Source: a virus
Virus record (IMG/VR): IMGVR_UViG_3300045988_036789
Location: 1 to 48,415 of that record
Reading direction: 5' to 3' (one strand)
Length of the DNA: 48,415 bases
Position numbers and translations under genes: made by a program. Shown here piece by piece: positions 19,356 through 27,358 of the stretch (within the stretch, counting starts at the first letter, position 1; every line of letters begins with the position of its first letter). The notes beneath the pieces are model-generated. The model was given only the letters and a program-made list of their open reading frames with translations. It was not told where the DNA came from and searched no databases.

Positions 19356-19377
19356 GTTTTCACCTCCTTTATTGCAT

Positions 19378-19403
19378 GAAAAAAGCAGCTTTTCACGGCT
19401 GCT
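19378..19403 (-). terminator. intrinsic terminator-like hairpin in the leader of the portal gene
   Basis: Minus strand reads AGCAGC-cgtgaaaa-GCTGCT followed by TTTTTT, ending 22 nt upstream of the portal GTG. Confidence 0.5.
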
Positions 19404-19433
19404 TTTCGTCTTTTCTCACTTATTCACGCTACA

Positions 19434-19499
19434 ATATTACCCCATTTTTGCGGGCAATGGGGGGAAATAAAGCCCCAAAACGGGCAATCACGGGCAATG
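19434..19499 (-). promoter_or_regulatory. late-promoter-like unit: three phased CATTGCCCG/GATTGCCCG boxes plus a -10 TAATAT
   Basis: Plus-strand cgggcaat at 19451, 19481 and 19491 (offsets 30 and 10 bp). The proximal box is followed by 11 nt and then TAATAT (19439..19434). Confidence 0.45.
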
Positions 19500-19501
19500 T
19501 T

Positions 19502-19738
19502 TTATAAATCCCGTGGTACAAATCGTTTTGCACGGTTCCTGCCGCCATATTTTGCCGCATTTTCAAGCGCAGTGACTTTCCCTTGCCAATATTCAATAGA
19601 CTTTCTAATTTCGGTCAGATTGGCTTTTGTCATAGTCCTGCTGCCTATCGTGTATGACTGGGCGTTTGTCACTGCCAGTTCTGCTTCCAACCATGCGTCA
19701 AGGTGTCTTTTTGCTGTTTCCAGTGTAATTCCTGCCAT
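19502..19738 (-). CDS. head-tail joining protein (lambda gpW-like)
   Basis: 78 aa, between the large terminase and portal genes as in lambda. Confidence 0.65.
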   Translation of the reverse strand: MAGITLETAKRHLDAWLEAELAVTNAQSYTIGSRTMTKANLTEIRKSIEYWQGKVTALENAAKYGGRNRAKRFVPRDL

Positions 19739-21571
19739 TTATAAAATTCCTCCACTTCTTCTTCTGCCACGTTTTACAATTTTCTTTGCTTGTGTGGCGT
19801 CTTTCTTTTTGTCTGGTTTTTTCAATGGTACGTTGATAATTTCAATGGCTGCCGTTGCGTAGTTTCGGCAGTCCAGCGCTTCATTTCGTTTGTGTTCGCC
19901 TTTGTCTTTCAGTTCCCATGCAAAATATGGTCTGCCCATCTTGTAACGCATTACCTTTTTTTCTGACGTTAAGCCCTTGAAATACTTTTCGTCATATCCC
20001 TTGCCCTCTTCTTTTGGAAAATGGCAAAAGCCGGGTCCCTCTTCCTCCAGCTTTAGTCTGTCCATAAGCAGGCTTTTTCCGGTATCAACTCCCAGCGTGA
20101 AAAGATATGCGCCCTCACGGTTGCTTTTTGATGGCTTCTGGATATACGCTGCGGCGCTATCGTTTGAACCTTTGATTGCAAATACTCTGCGATTGAACCG
20201 GGCTTTGCAGAATTTATATACTTGATTGGTTCTGTGTCCTCCACTATCAATACAGACGCATGACAGCTTCATTTTCGTTCCGTCTGGTTTTTCAAAGGTC
20301 TGCAATAAGAACGTGTCAAGGTCTTGCCAGACTTGATTGTTGATGTCTGAATTGTCGCCGTATATTGCCGCATACCTAATGCCCCAGCTTTCATATTCTG
20401 GACCCCAGCCCACAACTTCAATTTCAAATCTGTCGTCCTGCGTATCCACGCCAGCTGTCAAGTACAGCACTTCTTCTGGTACTTCGCACTTGTATTTCTC
20501 CCGGCGTTTCATCAGTTCGTCGTCTTCTATGGTTTCCCCGTCTTCTTCCCACGTTTGCCCCATTTCGGTATTAGTCCATACTTTCATAAGTTCCACGTTG
20601 CCTTTTTTCATCTGGTCATTTGCCGTCAGAAACTTTTCAACAACTTCTTGCCATGTGGTCAATGTGGAAGCAAGCGTGTTCAAGTGGAACCCACGCACGG
20701 GGTTGTCTGGGTCTTCATGTACAAAGGTTCCGTCAATAAAGTGTTCTTTCCATTCTGCTTCACTGGATATGACGCCGCACTTGCTGCAAGCGTATCTGAT
20801 TTCTGATAGGTCGTTTTTGTCGAACACAACATTTGACCAGACCAGCGGTTGCAGTTCTCCGCAGCACGGGCACGGTGCGTTCCATTCTCCCCGGCTGCTG
20901 TTTTCGTACTCCACTTCTATTCTGGAAGCCCCTTTGACTGTCGGTGTTGAAATGTCCACCTGCTTTTTATTCCAGAATGTTGTCTGACGCTTTGAAGCCA
21001 GCAAAAGTGGGTCGCCCTCTTTTCCTGCACTGGCTGGGTATGCGTCTATCTCGTCTGCAAGCAATATTCTGATTGTGTGGCTTCGCAGTCCCGTTGGGCT
21101 GTTTGCGCCTGCAATCGTTATGAAGCCGCCCGGAAATATCTTTTGCATGATTGTGTTACCGCTGTTGCGGCTCTTCTCATTGATACGGTCAGCCAGTACG
21201 GGTGTATCACGCAACATAGGTGACAGCTTTTCTTTTGAAAACTTCTCTGCCATGTCTATTGTCGGCTGTATAACCATAATCGGTGACGGGTCATAATGCA
21301 CATAATATCCAATAGGGTTCAGCACCATTGCGTCTGTCTTTCCCACCTGTGCTGCTGACATAATCACGACTTTTTTTATTGTAATATCTGTTATGGCGTC
21401 CATAATCTCTTTTTGATACGGTGCCTTTGCTGTCTTCCAGCGCCCCGGCTCTGCGGAAGACCCGGCAGACAGTCTGCGGAACTTATCTGCCCACTGTGAA
21501 AGTGTCATTTCCGGCGGTGGTTGTAGCACTTTGAAAATCCGTGTGAACATATCAACTGTGTTTTTCTTCAT
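19739..21571 (-). CDS. terL: terminase large subunit (lambda gpA family)
   Basis: 610 aa. LSQWADKFRRLSAGSSAEPGRWKTAKAPYQKEIMDA is gpA-family-like. Contains a Walker-type region and a Cys-rich zinc motif. Confidence 0.9.
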   Translation of the reverse strand: MKKNTVDMFTRIFKVLQPPPEMTLSQWADKFRRLSAGSSAEPGRWKTAKAPYQKEIMDAITDITIKKVVIMSAAQVGKTDAMVLNPIGYYVHYDPSPIMVIQPTIDMAEKFSKEKLSPMLRDTPVLADRINEKSRNSGNTIMQKIFPGGFITIAGANSPTGLRSHTIRILLADEIDAYPASAGKEGDPLLLASKRQTTFWNKKQVDISTPTVKGASRIEVEYENSSRGEWNAPCPCCGELQPLVWSNVVFDKNDLSEIRYACSKCGVISSEAEWKEHFIDGTFVHEDPDNPVRGFHLNTLASTLTTWQEVVEKFLTANDQMKKGNVELMKVWTNTEMGQTWEEDGETIEDDELMKRREKYKCEVPEEVLYLTAGVDTQDDRFEIEVVGWGPEYESWGIRYAAIYGDNSDINNQVWQDLDTFLLQTFEKPDGTKMKLSCVCIDSGGHRTNQVYKFCKARFNRRVFAIKGSNDSAAAYIQKPSKSNREGAYLFTLGVDTGKSLLMDRLKLEEEGPGFCHFPKEEGKGYDEKYFKGLTSEKKVMRYKMGRPYFAWELKDKGEHKRNEALDCRNYATAAIEIINVPLKKPDKKKDATQAKKIVKRGRRRSGGIL

Positions 21572-22052
21572 TGTCTACACCGTACCCAAACACCGTCTGG
21601 AAGTCCGAAAGTTCTTCCAACACTTCATCAATGGCGCTTTTCAGCAGCTTAAATATTTCTGTCTGGTCCTTTTTCTTTGATAAAATGGGGCTTAACTTTG
21701 CAGGTATAGCCATAAGCCTTGTTTTGAACCTAACAAGTGTGTCTGTCATTACCTGTTCCACGTCCTCCGTGGTGTGTACCTCATTTCTGCGCAGCTGCAA
21801 TTCCAGTTCTTGTGCTTCTCTTTTTGCTCTGACCAGTTTTGCACGTTCTGCGTTATAATCTATTGCGCTTTCACTTTCCGGGTTGTTTTTGCGCAAATAA
21901 TTTATGTACTGGTGGTTTACGGTCTTCAAGTCGTACAGCCCCGGTCTGATTTCCGTTATAACCTTTTCGTCACGCAGCTGGCGCACTCTGCGTTCTGAAA
22001 TATCCAGCCAAGCGGCAACCGCCTTTGAAGTGTACGCTTTCAAAAACCGCAC
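21552..22052 (-). CDS. terminase small subunit (Nu1-like, N-terminal HTH)
   Basis: YTSKAVAAWLDISERRVRQLRDE is an HTH; the gene lies immediately upstream of and overlaps terL. The start codon is uncertain (GTG 22052 or TTG ~22043). Confidence 0.6.
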   Translation of the reverse strand: MRFLKAYTSKAVAAWLDISERRVRQLRDEKVITEIRPGLYDLKTVNHQYINYLRKNNPESESAIDYNAERAKLVRAKREAQELELQLRRNEVHTTEDVEQVMTDTLVRFKTRLMAIPAKLSPILSKKKDQTEIFKLLKSAIDEVLEELSDFQTVFGYGVDNEEKHS

Positions 22053-22064
22053 CCCCTTTCTTCT

Positions 22065-22083
22065 GTGTCCGAATTGGTCACAT
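22065..22083 (+). repeat. parS-like 19-bp site, copy 1
   Basis: GTGTCCGAATTGGTCACAT, 13 nt upstream of the Nu1-like gene. Confidence 0.5.
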
Positions 22084-22217
22084 TTTTTTCTTTTTTAGCC
22101 CCTACCCCTTTATTTTTTTACCGGGTCGGAAGCGGAAATGAAATTTTCAAAATTATATCTGGGCAGGTTTTGGGCGTCGGCGTACCCGCAGCGCTTCCAG
22201 ACCGCCGGAAGAACCTA

Positions 22218-23030
22218 TCAAACGTCGTCCACAACGTCTGTGATTTCGTCGTTTTCTGTGCTTCCGTCCGGGTCAATGTCAAATTCACCCGTTAGCTTCT
22301 GTTTGTTTAACTCTAATTGCTTTTCTGCAAGCTGCAAGCGTCTGTCCTCTAACTCATACGCCTTTATGCTGTCCAGTTGCTTGATGATACGCCCATGTAG
22401 CTTGTTTAGTTCAGCTTCCACTTTCATTGCTCTTTCAAATGGGCTGGACTTAATAACAGACTTCATGGCTGTTTTATATGTTTCGCTCTTGCCGCCCTCT
22501 GGGTCTGCGCACTGCTGGTGTTCCATGCCGCAGTCCTCTTCCTGCTGTCTTTCTTCCATGCTCTTTGGTACAATCATGTGTACTATTTTATCTGTGTAAA
22601 AGCCGCCTGCTTCCGGGCTTTCATACTCTTTCAATAGGCTTTCCAGATAGGCTTTGCGCAGGTACAATGCCTGCAATTCCTCCATCATTTGAGATAGTGC
22701 GGACGGTGTGCCCATGTTCTGTATTGCTGCCGCCTGCGCTGGGTCTATGTCTTCATAGCCTGCCTGTGCAAAGGCTCCGTGTGTGACGGCATTTTTGTTC
22801 CCCTTTTTTGCCGGGGTTTTTCCCGCAGCATTTTTATTGCCTTTTTGTCCACCCCTTTTTTTAGGCTTCTTTTTCAAGGCTTCGTCCCAGCCGTCTTCTG
22901 ACTTCCATTTTCTTATCCTTACTTCTGGCACCCCTGCCAGCTTTGCCAGTTCTGCTGTTTCAATCTTGCCGTCTGTGTCCAGATAGCGTTGCATTGACTT
23001 GTCCCGCTCCGGGTTTCGTGGTCTTCCCAT
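22218..23030 (-). CDS. second small-terminase-like / YjcR-like DNA-binding protein
   Basis: N-terminal HTH (ETAELAKLAGVPEVRIRKWK) followed by GGQKGNKNAAGK...KKGNKNAVTHG repeats, typical of PBSX/YjcR-type small terminases. Confidence 0.55.
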   Translation of the reverse strand: MGRPRNPERDKSMQRYLDTDGKIETAELAKLAGVPEVRIRKWKSEDGWDEALKKKPKKRGGQKGNKNAAGKTPAKKGNKNAVTHGAFAQAGYEDIDPAQAAAIQNMGTPSALSQMMEELQALYLRKAYLESLLKEYESPEAGGFYTDKIVHMIVPKSMEERQQEEDCGMEHQQCADPEGGKSETYKTAMKSVIKSSPFERAMKVEAELNKLHGRIIKQLDSIKAYELEDRRLQLAEKQLELNKQKLTGEFDIDPDGSTENDEITDVVDDV

Positions 23031-23088
23031 CTTCTCACCTCTTTTCGTTCGTTTTCATTCTTTCCAACTCTTCCGGTTTACGGAAGTA

Positions 23089-23132
23089 TAAAAAATTATG
23101 GGCTTTGTAATTTCAAAAAATCACCAAAGCCC
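23089..23132 (-). terminator. intrinsic terminator-like hairpin in the leader of the packaging operon
   Basis: Minus strand reads GGGCTTTG-17 nt-CAAAGCCC followed by ATAATTTTTTA. Confidence 0.5.
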
Positions 23133-23184
23133 ACTATTGCCAACGTGCAAATATAACGGCGTAAAGCCTGCTTTGCTGATATAA

Positions 23185-23220
23185 ATTATACCAGTGAAAC
23201 GCAGGCAATGGCGGGCAATG
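23185..23220 (-). promoter_or_regulatory. late-promoter-like unit: two phased CATTGCC(C/T)G boxes plus an extended -10 TGgTATAAT
   Basis: Boxes at 23202..23210 and 23212..23220 (10-bp offset), then 11 nt to TATAAT (23190..23185). Confidence 0.5.
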
Positions 23221-23225
23221 ATTGC

Positions 23226-23708
23226 TTATGCAATCTTCTTGAATTGTGAAATTATCTGGTTTTTTTCAAACCTCTGTGACAGCGTAGCAAGTGCGTTATC
23301 TCTAATGTTCTTGCACTGCCGTTCGCTATATGAATTGCGTACCGCTACTTGTTCCCATTTGAGGTTGTGAATGTAAAAATCGAAAATAATACGCTTTTCT
23401 TTCAGTTTCAGTCTTGAAATCTCTTGCAAAAGCTGTGCTTTCAAACTCTGTAACTGCTGCACCTTTGCTTCATAGTCTTTGATTTCTCCGCTGACAAAAT
23501 CTGGAATGTTCAGCGCCATATTTTCTGTTTGTCGTGATATATTATTTTTTCCTTTTGGTAGACCGTCGCACTGTATAGCGCCAATGGGGTTGTAGTATTG
23601 GTCCGTCAAGTCATTTATAATCTTTCTATATATGCTCACCTCCCCGTCTATGTCTTTGTAATATTCCAGCAATTCAATTACCTTGCTTCTTTCCATTGCC
23701 TGCGCCAT
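23226..23708 (-). CDS. ArpU/RinA-like late transcriptional regulator (sigma region-4-like C-terminus)
   Basis: 160 aa from MAQAMERSKVIELLEYYKD (GGAGGA RBS). C-terminus RIIFDFYIHNLKWEQVAVRNSYSERQCKNIRDNAL is HTH-like. Lies just upstream of the packaging genes. Confidence 0.5.
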   Translation of the reverse strand: MAQAMERSKVIELLEYYKDIDGEVSIYRKIINDLTDQYYNPIGAIQCDGLPKGKNNISRQTENMALNIPDFVSGEIKDYEAKVQQLQSLKAQLLQEISRLKLKEKRIIFDFYIHNLKWEQVAVRNSYSERQCKNIRDNALATLSQRFEKNQIISQFKKIA

Positions 23709-23751
23709 TTGTTGTTCCTCCATTTCATTTATTGCCAGTCTTTCCCGGCTG

Positions 23752-23886
23752 TCAGCCTTGCACGTCAACTTTCTGTTTGCCTGCTGCCTGCTGCCGCTCT
23801 TTGTAGCCCATACACTTCATGTACCTTTCCGGCTTTCCGCAGCTTTCGTAATATTCGCAAGACTTGCATACGTTTTCTTGCGTCAT
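23752..23886 (-). CDS. small Cys-rich protein (44 aa)
   Basis: MTQENVCKSCEYYESCGKPERYMKCMGYK; RBS AGGAAAAGGAA; ATGA overlap with the upstream ORF. Confidence 0.4.
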   Translation of the reverse strand: MTQENVCKSCEYYESCGKPERYMKCMGYKERQQAAGKQKVDVQG

Positions 23887-24050
23887 TTCCTTTTCCTCCG
23901 TGATATGTACCCTGCGCACTCCGGCTGCCCCCTTAATAACTGCATGGAACACGCCCCGCCGCACTTATAAGCCTTTGTGATATGCTTTGCACACTTTGTA
24001 TTTGCGCACTGGTTCCGGCAAAATACGGGCATATCGTCCGTATTAAGCAT
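23883..24050 (-). CDS. small Cys-rich protein (55 aa, not in the ORF track)
   Basis: Own translation: MLNTDDMPVFCRNQCANTKCAKHITKAYKCGGACSMQLLRGQPECAGYISRRKRK. Confidence 0.35.
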   Translation of the reverse strand: MLNTDDMPVFCRNQCANTKCAKHITKAYKCGGACSMQLLRGQPECAGYISRRKRK

Positions 24051-24169
24051 TATTATTGGTCTGTGTTAAATCACATTTTCTTTGCTTTCTTTTCCGTCAT
24101 TTTGCTGCATTACCTCTTCAATCAAGCAGACAACCTGCTTTTGCACGTCTTTTTTCACTGCTGCACCTC

Positions 24170-25105
24170 CTATGCTGTTTCATGCAAAATTATCTTTCTG
24201 AACATACTTTCAAATATCGGAACTGCAATGCTGTTTCCAGCCTGCTTGTATAACGCCATTCTATATCTTCCAGAACGCTTCTGGACTGCTTTTGCCCTTT
24301 CGTAGTCTTCGTCTGTATATCCTTGCAGGCGCCAGCACTCACGTTCTGTCAAATATCTATAACGCCCGTTTCCGCAGTCAATCACCTGTGCTGGTGTTCT
24401 GTCCTGTCTGGTCGTGATTGTGTATGCAAAATCTTTTATTACTGTTGCACGTTTTATTCCGGTGCAGCCAATCACATTGTATACGCTCGGTTGTGTTACG
24501 TCGTATACTTCCGGCACTTCGTTGTTATTCAGAAGAAATTCTGATATATCTTTCATTGGTGTTCTGATTAAGTCCGAAAAATCAAACTTTTCACCATTCA
24601 GCACTGATACCGTGAAAACTCTTTCCCGTGCTTGTGGCAATCCAAAGTCCCTTGCGTCTAATATCTCATAGCTGTTTGAATATCCCAGCTTTTCCATTTC
24701 TGATTGATACCGCTTAAAGTTTGCAATCATGTGTTTTGATAACACATTCTTGACATTCTCCCATATAACGTATTTCGGTTTCCATTTGCCCATATTTTGA
24801 ATAATGTGTATTGTTTCCCACATTAGACTCGAACGTGTTTCGCTTCCCTCTTCTGCGCCTTTCTGTTGTCCGGCTATGGAAAAATCTTGACATGGGCTGC
24901 CATGTATCAAAATATCTGGTTTAAGGTTCCAGCCCACCACTGATTGTGTTTTATACTCTAATTCTTCCGCAAACATTGCATTGTATGACCTTACGGCGTT
25001 TTCGTCTATTTCCACATAGTCAATGGCTTTTGTTGGAATGTTCAAATTTCGCAAAGCGCATCTGGGGGAACCAATTCCCCCAAATAGTTCTAAAATCTGT
25101 ACCAC
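24170..25105 (-). CDS. DNA (cytosine-5)-methyltransferase, orphan
   Basis: Motifs ELFGGIGS (I), GSPCQDFSIAG (IV), IWENVKN (VI), QARERVF (VIII), GNSIAVP (X). GTG start after GGGAGGTG. No adjacent endonuclease gene. Confidence 0.9.
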   Translation of the reverse strand: MVQILELFGGIGSPRCALRNLNIPTKAIDYVEIDENAVRSYNAMFAEELEYKTQSVVGWNLKPDILIHGSPCQDFSIAGQQKGAEEGSETRSSLMWETIHIIQNMGKWKPKYVIWENVKNVLSKHMIANFKRYQSEMEKLGYSNSYEILDARDFGLPQARERVFTVSVLNGEKFDFSDLIRTPMKDISEFLLNNNEVPEVYDVTQPSVYNVIGCTGIKRATVIKDFAYTITTRQDRTPAQVIDCGNGRYRYLTERECWRLQGYTDEDYERAKAVQKRSGRYRMALYKQAGNSIAVPIFESMFRKIILHETA

Positions 25106-25107
25106 GT

Positions 25108-26514
25108 TTACACCTCCCGCAACGCTATAACACAATAGCCCTCTTCAAGTGCGCTGCTGGTCGTGTCGTCGTCCATGCAGATAATTTTCATGTCAGCCGT
25201 GTTTCCGGTTGCTCTTCCCTCTGCAAACTCAATCAGCTTCACTGTGTCACCCTCTCTGTAATCGTCATTTTTCAAAATCATATATGGTCTTGTATGGTCG
25301 ATTGCAACGGCTTTCATTTTGTCCGGTGATACTCTGATTGTTTTTTCTTTTCTATCATCAGACGGCAAATGTTGCATTTTCTCTTCCTGCTGCTTTTCAC
25401 GCAATTTCTTTTGTGTTTCCCGGTCAATAGCTGCCTGCTCTTCGTTGTACCGTTCTTCGTCCGTTTTCTGGGCTTCTCTGCGGTCTTCATAGGCATTGCA
25501 GTTTGTCACGGTTGCTGTCTTGTCGTGGCACTCTTCATAGTGCGTACAGCTGTAACAAAGTGAAGTCATGCTTTCTGGCTGTGGGTCAACATATTCTGGC
25601 TGCTGCTCTGTGGCTTCTCCTGCCCCCTCTGCGGCTGTTTCTTCCTGCTGCACGTCTGTTTCATCATCTGCGGTGTTTTCCTGCGCCTGCTGCTCTTCTG
25701 GTTGTTCCTGCAACTGGTTTATGTCCATCTGCCCCGGTATCTGCTGTGTTGCTTCGTAGTTCTTTTTTAACTGCTTAATGTCTGCCAGCGTCAGCACTTC
25801 ATTTTCCCGGAATATCTCTGCTGCCTGCTTCTGGTAATCTTCCGGCAGCCCGGACGCTTCATAAATAACAGATACAACAATTCTGTTTGCCTTAAATTCT
25901 GCCATCAGTTCTGCAATGATGTTGTTATATATTGCCTTGTATCTTCCAAGCTGTGCCGGGGACGTTTCTATAATTTCCGCTAACAAATCACGGGTTCTGC
26001 CCGGAATGTTCATGCTGTCTTTTAATTCCAGCACCAGCTTTTCTGTTTCCAGCGCTTCTGTCATACGTTCCCAGTCCGTCTTCTCTCTGAAACGGTTTGC
26101 CATAATCAATGCTAATCTGTCTATAATGGCGTTTTTCTTTGGTTTGATTAAGATTGGAACCTGTCTGAAACGCTCTTTGCCCTCATCTACCAACTGCATG
26201 ACCGCCAGCCGTCTTCTGTGTCCTGCAATGATACGGCGCTTGCCGTCCTCTTCCTCTTCTGTCACCAGAAGCGGTTGCAGCACTCCCAGAAGTTCAATGG
26301 ACTGTTTCAAGTCCTGCACGTCCTCTACGCTGTAAAAGTTGCCTTTTGACGGTATAAGGTCGTATATATCAGCTGTACTGCTCACGCCCTCTTCTGGCGT
26401 GGCAATCTCTGCGCCTGCTGCCTGCTGCTGTTCTGTTTTCTGCTGCTCTCCAGCTTCCTTTGACCGCTGGTTTAATAACTCTGTCAAGTTGAATTTCTTT
26501 GCTGCTCCTGCCAT
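25108..26514 (-). CDS. parB: ParB-like protein with C-terminal DUF3850/ASCH-like (PUA-fold) domain
   Basis: ParB/Srx N-domain LLGVLQPLLV...IIAGHRRRLA. Acidic linker with a Cys cluster. C-terminus RPYMILKNDDYREGDTVKLIEF...GYCVIAL resembles DUF3850. Confidence 0.75.
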   Translation of the reverse strand: MAGAAKKFNLTELLNQRSKEAGEQQKTEQQQAAGAEIATPEEGVSSTADIYDLIPSKGNFYSVEDVQDLKQSIELLGVLQPLLVTEEEEDGKRRIIAGHRRRLAVMQLVDEGKERFRQVPILIKPKKNAIIDRLALIMANRFREKTDWERMTEALETEKLVLELKDSMNIPGRTRDLLAEIIETSPAQLGRYKAIYNNIIAELMAEFKANRIVVSVIYEASGLPEDYQKQAAEIFRENEVLTLADIKQLKKNYEATQQIPGQMDINQLQEQPEEQQAQENTADDETDVQQEETAAEGAGEATEQQPEYVDPQPESMTSLCYSCTHYEECHDKTATVTNCNAYEDRREAQKTDEERYNEEQAAIDRETQKKLREKQQEEKMQHLPSDDRKEKTIRVSPDKMKAVAIDHTRPYMILKNDDYREGDTVKLIEFAEGRATGNTADMKIICMDDDTTSSALEEGYCVIALREV

Positions 26515-26532
26515 TGTCTTTTCCCTCCTAAC

Positions 26533-26551
26533 GTGTCCGAATTGGTCACAT
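26533..26551 (+). repeat. parS-like 19-bp site, copy 2 (parA stop / parB RBS junction)
   Basis: GTGTCCGAATTGGTCACAT. An imperfect palindrome, TGTGtCCgA-A-TtGGtCACA. Confidence 0.55.
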
Positions 26552-27307
26552 TCTCAACCATTCTTCCACTAACGCTTTATAGTCGGCACTTGCGCCGCAG
26601 CGTGGGGAATATAAAATGATTGGTAATCTTTCAAATGTGCTGGGCTTCATTTTTGGTGTCTTTCTGATATGTGTTTCAAACACCGGATATTCAAGCGTCT
26701 TCAAGAACTCTTCGCCCTGTGTGTCTGCTTCATTGGTTCTGTCGTACTGTGTGACAAAGCAGCCACAGAAGCGCAACTGTGGGTTTAAGTCCTCACGGGT
26801 GTTGTCAATCTGTTCTTTCAGTTCTGCCAGCCCATCTATTGCAAAATCATCAATGGTTATAGGCACCATGACGTCTTGTGAAGCTACCAGCGCATTTATG
26901 GTTGAAATGTTAATGTCTGGGGCGTTGTCAATAATGCAGTAGTCATATTCATTCTGTAAGCCGTCCAGAAACTTTTTGAAGCGTGTCTGTTGCGGTCTTG
27001 ACTGGTCCAGCATGACTTCAAGGTTGGCTGTAAGCAAATTCATGTTCGCTGTGATAATGTCCAGCCCGTCAAAGTCCGTGTGTTGGATAACCTCTGCCGG
27101 GTCAATGCCCCGCTGTGTCATTACCTCTGCCGTGCCCTTATGGTCATAGCTGTGGCGGTTCATAATCTTACTTGCGTTGCCCTGCTTGTCATTGTCAATC
27201 AGCAGGACTTTGAAGCCTTTTACTGCTGCCAGAATATGTGCCATGTTTACGCTGGAAATGGTCTTTGCCACTCCCCCTTTAAGATTGATAATTGATAATA
27301 CTTTCAT
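26546..27307 (-). CDS. parA: ParA partition ATPase
   Basis: Deviant Walker A NLKGGVAKT; 253 aa; immediately upstream of parB. Confidence 0.9.
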   Translation of the reverse strand: MKVLSIINLKGGVAKTISSVNMAHILAAVKGFKVLLIDNDKQGNASKIMNRHSYDHKGTAEVMTQRGIDPAEVIQHTDFDGLDIITANMNLLTANLEVMLDQSRPQQTRFKKFLDGLQNEYDYCIIDNAPDINISTINALVASQDVMVPITIDDFAIDGLAELKEQIDNTREDLNPQLRFCGCFVTQYDRTNEADTQGEEFLKTLEYPVFETHIRKTPKMKPSTFERLPIILYSPRCGASADYKALVEEWLRM

Positions 27308-27358
27308 GTGGTATTCCTCCTTGTATCTGGTATGAATTTATAGTTGCTTTCCCAGTAA

